A DNA stretch of 64,000 nucleotides from Paraspadella gotoi. Taxonomy: Eukaryota; Animalia; Chaetognatha. Positions 55,229 to 64,000 of this stretch are shown here, in pieces. Under the pieces are notes generated by a model. That model ran no database searches. It was not told where the DNA came from and saw only the letters and a list, made by a program, of their open reading frames with translations. The stretch's first letter is position 1. Every line of letters begins with the position of its first letter. The position numbers and the translations under genes were made by a program. The DNA lies in contig CM119271.1 of the NCBI GenBank assembly GCA_051294375.1, positions 14,266,770 to 14,330,769 of the forward strand, written 5' to 3'.

Positions 55229-57181
55229 TCAATTGCTAAGTTTGACTTTCTTTCTTTTAGGCTTGACCAGCGTCCTCATGAAGGACCTTCGCATGCATCT
55301 TCTCACATAACCGCGAAGTTTAACTAGGCGCTTGTAAGACTCCTTCAACTTGATTTCCCGCAGTTCTTCAAAGTTGGGCAGGGAGAGACAAACACTTTCG
55401 GTAATTGCGTCACGTAAGGATTGATAATATCCCTGCAAAAACGGAGGTAATGGAGAAAAACGAATCATATGACAACTTGGATTCAGAACATCCATGTACG
55501 TAAACAAAACTAATCAGTAATCAGTAATCAGTAATCATTCACGAAGAAAATGGCATCTTCACTTTCTCTTTACACAATTCATCCAATCGGACGAAATCAA
55601 TTCTCAACGGCCCCAGACCAACCTGTCATCTGCCGACAGTCCGTGACTCATAAATCTCAAGCCGGCTTCCCTTCCCAATTCGTAAAGGAGAGAGTCGAAG
55701 GCTTTGCGTTCCATTGATCCAAAGTCGAAGTCGGTCTTCACCGTCGCCTCAAGGAGAAAGTCGAAATTGGGATTTCCTCGCACGAAATCGTTGACGATCC
55801 ATGAGACATCGAGCGTCGAGTTTATGGTTATGGCGGTTGACGCATCGGGATGAACCTGATGTGGAAGGTTGGGGACCCTGGGTCGATGCAGGGAGTCTTT
55901 TGCGCTTGACTCGATCGCAACATCGGTAAGCGATGAGCGTGATGAATTTAAACTAATGTAGGAGAAATCATGAAGAAATGGAAGATTAAAATTAGACAAT
56001 AAAAGTTCTTGACATAAGTTATATTATAACCAATCCTCACCCTTTTTTCCTTTTCTCCTCGTACTCAAAGGCAGACTCGAACCCATCGTCGATATTCGTC
56101 CGTACGTGACGTTCAAAATACAAAAACGCAAAATCGTCCCTTCGCTGATCAACGAGAAATCTTCTCAACTTTTCGAAATGCGGCAACGAGAGACAAAAGC
56201 GTTTGGCCAAAAGTTCGAGCCAAGCGTCCTTGTCGGACTCGGCCAACCCAAGGGCGATGAAGCGGTCGCCGGCCTCTCGGCCCAACTGATAGAGCAGACG
56301 GTCCAATGAGCGACGAGTCACGGAGTTAAGCTTGAGTTGGGATTCGCGCATCATGCGACGGACGACGTCGTAGTTTGAATTGTCGCGGGTGAATTTCGAC
56401 TCGAACCAAGAAAGGTCCAAGTTGGAGATGGCGCTGGAGATAGGATCCGACGGGTTTTTATCAAGGAAGAAGATGGGCTCAGTGAGCTTAGGCTCGAAAG
56501 GGGTAATATCCTCGTTGTGAAATTCATCCGAGTTCTTGTCATTGGCAGCGACATACGTGCCTGGTAAAGCTTTCGTATCTTCGTCACAAAAGTCGATCTG
56601 AGGTTCGATGAAATCAAGATGCATCGAGTCGAGTTTCTCCGTCTCTGTTTTAATTCTCTTCGAAGGCGACACAAAAGACGCCGCCGATGGAACCAACGCC
56701 GCCTCTCTTTTCCGATGTGGTCTCGATTTCGGCTCTGCGATGGACGTTGACTTTTTAGAAGATTGATTTTCGCTCTGAGGCTTATCAGAAGACAAGGAAT
56801 TCTCAGCTTCGCCAGCTTCATTGTCAATGAGTGACAAATACTCTTGGTCTTTAACTCTCAAAATTCCAGAGTCGCACTCGAGTCGAACGTCGCTTCCCGA
56901 GTCGGAAAGAGATCCCTCCACGTAAGACTGGAGGAGAAAAAAATAGTAAATCCAAAATTGAATAATGAAAACGAAATTCATATCTTGCCCACGTGGCAAA
57001 CCTTGCAGAATCGATCCTTCCCGGCGAAGACTCTACAGTCGCTCTTTTCGATCAGCAAGAAGACTTCGAGTTGCGCCAGAGAAGAAAGCTTCAACACGGT
57101 CTCCATCATCACATCGGCCAAGGAGGATCGACAGACGAGACTTCGCGGAAACCGCGGTGGACGGCGGGCGTCGTCGCACAT
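55229..57181 (-). CDS. Tandem family paralogue E (two C-domains; apparent 1-nt frameshift in the last exon)
   Basis: Exons 57181-57002, 56927-56041, 55952-55623, 55432-55229; the homologous frame shifts near 55411. Confidence 0.7.
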
Positions 57182-57356
57182 CCGAGGTTTAGGTTACGGA
57201 TATTATTTTTCGCAAACAACTATGACATACATGCAAACAAATTTAGAACAAAAAAATATGAATTCGAATTCCCATTTGCCTTCTTAGACATAGAAAAGAG
57301 TTTTTTTTTTACATCTTTCAAAAGTTTTTGCACCATTTTAACAACATTTTGTATTT

Positions 57357-57392
<36 letters not shown>

Positions 57393-57436
57393 GCAACAAT
57401 TTGCTTCTTTCTCAATCTAATGAGTCTCCCACTTGG

Positions 57437-60046
57437 TCACTTTTTTTTCAATGAATCCATGTTCCTGCTGAATCCCTTCCTGGTGCCTCTTTTGATATAA
57501 GACGCAAGGAGCAACTTGAAAGCTCCGTCTTGCAGCTTTATATTTTTAAGTTCTTCGAAGTTAGGAAGGCAGAGGCAAAACTGCTTAGTTACCGCCTCAA
57601 CGTAAGCGGTGACGAGTTCCCTGTGAAGAGAAGTTGGATCACTCAAAAAACATAGTACTACTATTAGTTACTACGTAATGAAAAAAAGTACCGCATATAA
57701 TTAACTTCACCAATCCACATAAAACTGTCAATCATCAAACGAAACGAACCTGTCATCATCCGCAAATCCCTCATTGAAGAATTGAACGCCGGCCTCCTTT
57801 CCCAGTCGGTAGATCAAAGCTTCAAAGACTTTTCGTGATTCGGAAGGGTAAGCGAAATCCGTCTGCGCCGAAGTCTCCGCGATCAGATCGAATCGCTCGT
57901 TATTGAGAATAAAACTGTCAACGATCCAAGCTAAGTTAAATTGCTGAGATGTATATTTATCATGATTTCCCATTCCATCCGTGTCGTCATTTCTCGGAGG
58001 CAAAGGATCCTTTTGTCGTAAGCCCAGAGCCCTGCAAAACAGAAATTACGCAATTTACGTAATAAACTTTGGGGAAATAATCGAAATTACTACTGTAAAA
58101 ATACTTGCCTTTTTCTTGCATACTGCAAAGCTCGAACCAAGGCCTTTCGGACGCCTCTTTTCATAAAGGAAGTAAAGAGCAAATTCGTTAGCCCATCTTT
58201 CATCTTAATTTCAAGTAGCTCATCGTAATTGGGCAAACAATGACAAAACTTCTTCAAAATTGCTTCAACATATGGACTGAAGAATTGACTGTAAAAATTT
58301 ACGACAAAATCAAACTGGTTACTGTATTATTGCAAAAACTTACTGCACCAACCTGTCTTCGTCAGAGTAACCCAGATTCATGAATTGAACGCAAGCTTCC
58401 TTTCCTAGTCTGTAAATCAAAGCTTCCAAAACTTTGCGCGATTCCGAATTTTTGCTAAAATCTGTTTCTCCCGTTGCCTCCGAAAGAAACTCAAATCTAT
58501 CATTGTTGACAATGAAGCTGTCGGCAATCCAACTAACGTTAAATGGCCGTAAAACTTTTTTAACTTCTTTTTTAATTCCTGGAACGTTGCTTTCCAAAGA
58601 GTCGTTGGGTGATGTCAAATTTGCTTCGCACTCCTGGCTTTCATTGACATAGGTGGTTTGAGATAAACAAACCTTCTGTCGTAAGGAAATGGCCCTAAAA
58701 TTAGTACAGTAAAATAAAAATTATCTTGGTTTACGCGAGATTATACAAGATTATAAGTAATAATTAGCTTTTCAGTCCAATACTCAAATATTTCCTTCAC
58801 TGCACTCACCGCTCTTTTTTTTCACGATGAACAAAGGCGAATTTGAAAGCCGTCTCGATGGTCGATCTCACATGATCGTAAAAATTCCGCGAAACTGAAG
58901 GAGACTCGGCGACCCGAAATTCACTCACTTTTCTAAAGTTGGGGAATGAAAGGCAAAAGGCGTTGGCCACTTGATCTACGCAAAAATCGCCTTCCGATTC
59001 TGCCAACCCAGAGGCGATGAATCGATCGCCAGTCTCTCTGCCCAAACGGTAGAGCAATCGATCGAAAGCCCGTCGCGTTACAGAGTTGATTCTCAACTCG
59101 GACTCGAACTTTAACTGGCGGATTTTGTCGTAATTAGGGTTGTTGCGGAAAAAATGAGATTCCAGCCAAGAGAGATCGAAAGATGATTCGTCTAAAGACA
59201 ATTGAGAGACGGAGGTTGCAGGTGTTGTCATTAGATATCGGTTGGAAGGAGATTGGTCAGTGAACGAGATTCGCTCGAGGGATGAGTTTCGATCTTCATC
59301 GACGGTTCGGTCGACGAATGAGATTCCGCCAACGATCGAAGTTCGATCCGCGGGTGAAATGAGATCGGCGGAATCCACGTCTTCCTCCCAATTTTCGTCT
59401 TCCGCAGAGTCGAACGCGTTGAACGACATTTTGTCATCGATGAAATTCAAATCCGGCGGCGTAGCGTTCGCATCATCAGCCGCAGCAGACGCCTCCTCCG
59501 TCTCCACCTCCGCCGCTTCTATTTTGATCAGTTTGACGTACGGCTCGAACGTGTCGTCCGCGCGACGACGTTTCGAGGGGACTTTGACGGGAGAGGATTT
59601 TTTAGATTTGGATCGCGTGACAGCGTGACTTCCGCTCTCTCCCTCGATGGGATTCTCTCTTTCTTTGACCCTCAAAGTTCGGCGATGAAGATCGCAATCG
59701 AGGCGAATGTCTCGACCGGAATCGGCGAGGGATCCTTCGACGTAAGACTGAAACGAGGGTTTCAACATCAAATTAAATTCCTTTCAACCCCTTGATAACC
59801 GTAGAAGGAACATTATGTTATCATATTACCATAATTTTCTAACTCAAAGTCACAAACCTGGCAGAATTTGTCTTTTCCGGCAAAGACCCGGCAATCGTCC
59901 TTTTCCATAAGCAAAAAGACGTCGAGTTGAGCCAAAGAGGAGAGTTTCAACACAGTTTCGAGGATGACGTCGATTAAAGAAGAGCGACACACGAGAGAAC
60001 GTGAGAACCGCGGCTGATGGGAGGCTTCTGCCAACGAGTGCGACAT
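57437..60046 (-). CDS. Tandem family paralogue F (three C-domains)
   Basis: Exons 60046-59858, 59747-58810, 58694-58353, 58288-58109, 58031-57750, 57620-57437 join in frame, using one GC-AG intron. Confidence 0.75.
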
Positions 60047-60437
60047 GGTTCTCTTTTATTTTCAGCCAGAGAAAATACTGTAGTGGTTTAGGATTTTTAA
60101 CACGGCTGGGCGGGCGTCAGTAGTAGAGGGTAAATTAAAATAAAAGTAGGACCCGGAAGTTTTTTTTTAAATTTATAAGAGTTTCTGGAAAATTAATAAT
60201 ATAAATATTAAAAACAAGTGTAAACAGACTAAAGATGATATATATTTGCGATTGGTTAAATATGAGTATTTTACGAAAAATGATTATTCCTCCGAAAACA
60301 GAAAAAAGTTAAACTTCAAAAAATTTTTTTTTTCTCTTTCTTTGAATCACTCCAAGAAATTAATTGGCGATATGGCAGTATGGCTAATTGGCTATTCGTT
60401 ATGATGCACTGTGGTCATGACAGGTCGGTTTCATTCG

Positions 60438-61391
60438 TCAAAGTTTATTTACGTCGATTACAAAAAATTGTTGTTGTTTTTTCGTAGTTTCGTCTCCGAG
60501 GTCTCTTTTCCTTTTGCGAATTCCCTCGTTGAAACGTCTTCGTAAGGTCGACCGAACGTAAACCTTGAATTTTCAAATGAGCCCAAAAAACAAAAAAATG
60601 ATGTAAAACAAACTACGTCTACGAATCTTATTTATTCGATATAAAAAACCGAATTTACGTAAAATATAAGCGAATCACTTTTGGCTCGTGCAAAGAGACC
60701 TCAACACAATAGTCTCCCTTCATAAGTCCCAAGGTGCCTCTCACTTTGAAAGACTCCTTCTTGATGTCGCTGTAGTCGATGGCTTCGTCCCTCAGCGACG
60801 CGAGATTCGGGAGAAGTTGAAACCAACGTCGCGAGATCTCGTCGAGGTAGGACTTGGTCGAAGCCTCTTCCTCGCGACTCCCGAAGAGAGGGTAACGCAA
60901 TCCCGCCTCTTTCCCGAGCTCGTACAGGGCAGAGTCTAAAACCTGGTCCCGCGAATACGTCAAATGTTTCTTTAAAAGTCGTACAACCAAATACGAACGA
61001 CGGATTACGACGAGAGTTTATGTCCAACAGTAAAAATGATCCCTTAATTTATTAAATTAGCTATTTTGCCCCCGACTTTGGACGGGCTAAGGTGAGTTAA
61101 GGCCTCTTATCCCTCCTACAAGATAACGCACTCACACACTAGTTAACTTTAAAAAAAAAAATGGCTTCCCTATCAATGAAGTAGGATAATGTTTTTATGA
61201 ACCGTTACATTTTTTTTTATGAATCGTATCATTTATTGTAGCTTCCATTAACTGTACCTTCCTAAGAACTGAGTTTCGCTCGAGGTCGGCAAGTCGGCGG
61301 GCGGATCGAAGGAACTCGAGCTTCTTTGCGTTGGGGACTTGGTCTCCGATCCAAGAGACGTCGAAGCAGAAAGAGTCATCCAACTCCAAGG
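60438..61391 (-). pseudogene. Tandem family member G: C-domain only, no 5' exon or start codon found
   Basis: Three intact in-frame exons (61391-61258, 60942-60745, 60563-60438) encoding FDVSWI..NSVLRKVLDSALYELGKEAG..LPNL..FKVYVRSTLRRRF. Begins at a splice acceptor. Confidence 0.55.
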
Positions 61392-61396
61392 CTGAT

Positions 61397-61508
61397 ATTA
61401 AAGGAGGGAGAAGTTTTCTTTATTATAAGAGTAAAAAATATTAAAAATATTAAAATATTAAAAATATTAAAGGAGGGAGAAGTTTTCTTTATTATAAGAG
61501 TAAAAAAT
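61397..61508. repeat. Local ~44-bp direct duplication separated by ATTAAAA(A)T repeats
   Basis: TATTAAAGGAGGGAGAAGTTTTCTTTATTATAAGAGTAAAAAAT occurs twice. Confidence 0.9.
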
Positions 61509-61769
61509 TCTGAATTCAAAACCTGACCATGAAATTTGTATAGGCTAACTAATATAGAAATTTTTCCAAAATCCATTCAAACATTAATCATTAATCAGTC
61601 TATTATGCCTTCTGACTTTGGACTAGCAACTTTGTTCCGAATTCAATTTTTCTCGATTCTTGGCAGCAAATTTGTAAATTTAAAATTTGTTTTTCCCCTT
61701 TTTTCGATTTCAGGTTTTACGGCGAGCGATACGAGAACTCCTTTGGCTTTAGAACGACAAAGTAACTTT

Positions 61770-61997
61770 TATGGTGGACTAAAATCCACCAACCGTTTAT
61801 CAGTGGCCATTGGTGCAGGAGGCAAGTCATTCGCCTCCCAACCCATAGGTCCGGGGTTCTAGCCCGGTGGTCGCCTAGCAGTTAAGAGGGACAGGGCGCT
61901 TTACCCGCCTGTAACACGGTGTTACTGCCTGATCCGAAGCTCAGCTTATATTGAACGGTTCTGTCACTAACACATAACAATAATTACTGCCTCTTCA
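61770..61997 (+). mobile_element. Dispersed ~230-bp repeat containing a tRNA(Gly)-like segment, copy 2
   Basis: A-box-like TGGTGCAGGAGG, anticodon-arm-like TTCGCCTCCCAA and B-box-like GGTTCTAGCCC at 61805-61873; inverted match to 16751-16984. Confidence 0.8.
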
Positions 61998-62281
61998 CTT
62001 TCATTTTATAAAACGAGACTTCTGTGACGATAAAAAGCTTACAAAGGTATGTTAAAAACCAAAACGTTGCCGAGTGTTTAAAATAAATAGAACATCAAAT
62101 TTTATGAACCAAGCAATATTGTATTCTTTTAAAAATCATTCAAAAATATCACATTTAAAAGACTAGTTTAACATAAGAGTTTAACATAAGAGAAAAAGAA
62201 AAAGTTTCCTAATCTGTTGACTAATTCTAACAAAAAACTAAATGTTCATACAATGAACGAAAGAAACTGACAATTAACTTA

Positions 62282-62998
62282 CAGAAGGCTTCATATTATA
62301 AAATGTGGTACCCTTTTTTGTGACCAGAACACGTTCCTAGAAAACTACTGAATAGAATTTAATGAAATTTTGCATGCGGAGTACCAGTAGTGATACAAAT
62401 GGAACTATCGAGGCGAATTTTTATATTCCACCCCTAAACTGAGATAAGGGGCCCTAAGGGGGCAGCCCCTGAGGGCCACAAATAGTCAAAAATTTTTTTC
62501 AAATTTTTTTATTATTTTTGTTTTAAACAGTTGGACTCCTCCACAAAAACGTATTTATTACCTCAAAAATATTCATTTACCTTAAGTTTTAGCTTCATGA
62601 ACATCAGCAGTTAAAGTCAGATTTTTAATAATTTGGGAAAATTGGAAGTAAAACGATGAACCATGCAACTTTAACTATACTTAATTATTGCAAATTTATC
62701 AATTTTAGTTCTAAAATGTTTTTTTCTTATGTTGAAAACGTCAATGCACCTGATGCTACTAAAAAATTTGGAAAAAAAAAAAAAAAAATTTAGCATTTTT
62801 TGGCCCCCCAGGGGTCCACCCCCAGGGCCCTGTATCTCTTGTCAGGGGTTGAATATCAAAATTCGCCTCGATAGTTCCATTTATATAGTCATTAGCACTC
62901 TAAATGTAAAATTTCATTAAATTCGATTGGGTAGTTTGGTGGGAACAGATTCTGGTAACAAAAAAGGGGTACTACATTTTATAATATGAAGCCTTCTG
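62282..62998. mobile_element. Tc1/mariner-type MITE with long TIRs
   Basis: Perfect terminal CAGAAGGCTTCATATTATAAAATGT inverted repeat, extending imperfectly for about 220 bp; TA on both flanks. Confidence 0.9.
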
Positions 62999-63118
62999 TA
63001 TTTGGTAAGCTATTATATGAGGCAAAAATTAAGTTTTATAGCTTGGATTAAAATTCCATTTCTTGACGATAAGAAACGATCGAGTTTCTGGACGAAACGA
63101 GGCTTGAGAAAGGCATTG

Positions 63119-63996
<878 letters not shown>

Positions 63997-64000
63997 TTAT

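Noticed and set aside
61805-61873. Functional tRNA-Gly gene
   Set aside because: The anticodon stem pairs poorly, the B box is degenerate, and it sits inside a dispersed repeat.

Overview
Gene-dense metazoan (invertebrate-like) nuclear DNA with GC/CpG-rich exons and short AT-rich spliceosomal introns. Every gene model I can build lies on the minus strand: a C2H2+FLYWCH-type zinc-finger gene, an RDH-like SDR, SLC41, PDK, WDSUB1, LACTB, an hnRNP L-like gene, mitochondrial-type ValRS, PI4KB, a TOR1AIP/LAP1-like gene, an F-box gene, a seven-member tandem family, and the 3' part of GFUS. The main candidate novelty is the tandem family at 47.7-61.4 kb. Its members join an N-terminal domain that aligns without gaps to the dimerisation half of the SRF MADS box (but lacks the basic DNA-contacting residues), a disordered linker with basic and SUMO-consensus motifs, and 1-3 copies of a helical domain I do not recognise. 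The one-strand layout and spacers as short as about 180-400 bp suggest possible polycistronic transcription with trans-splicing. Several non-autonomous DNA transposons (TIRs plus TSDs) and a two-copy tRNA-containing repeat are also present. Gene models were spliced by eye, and no database searches were run.
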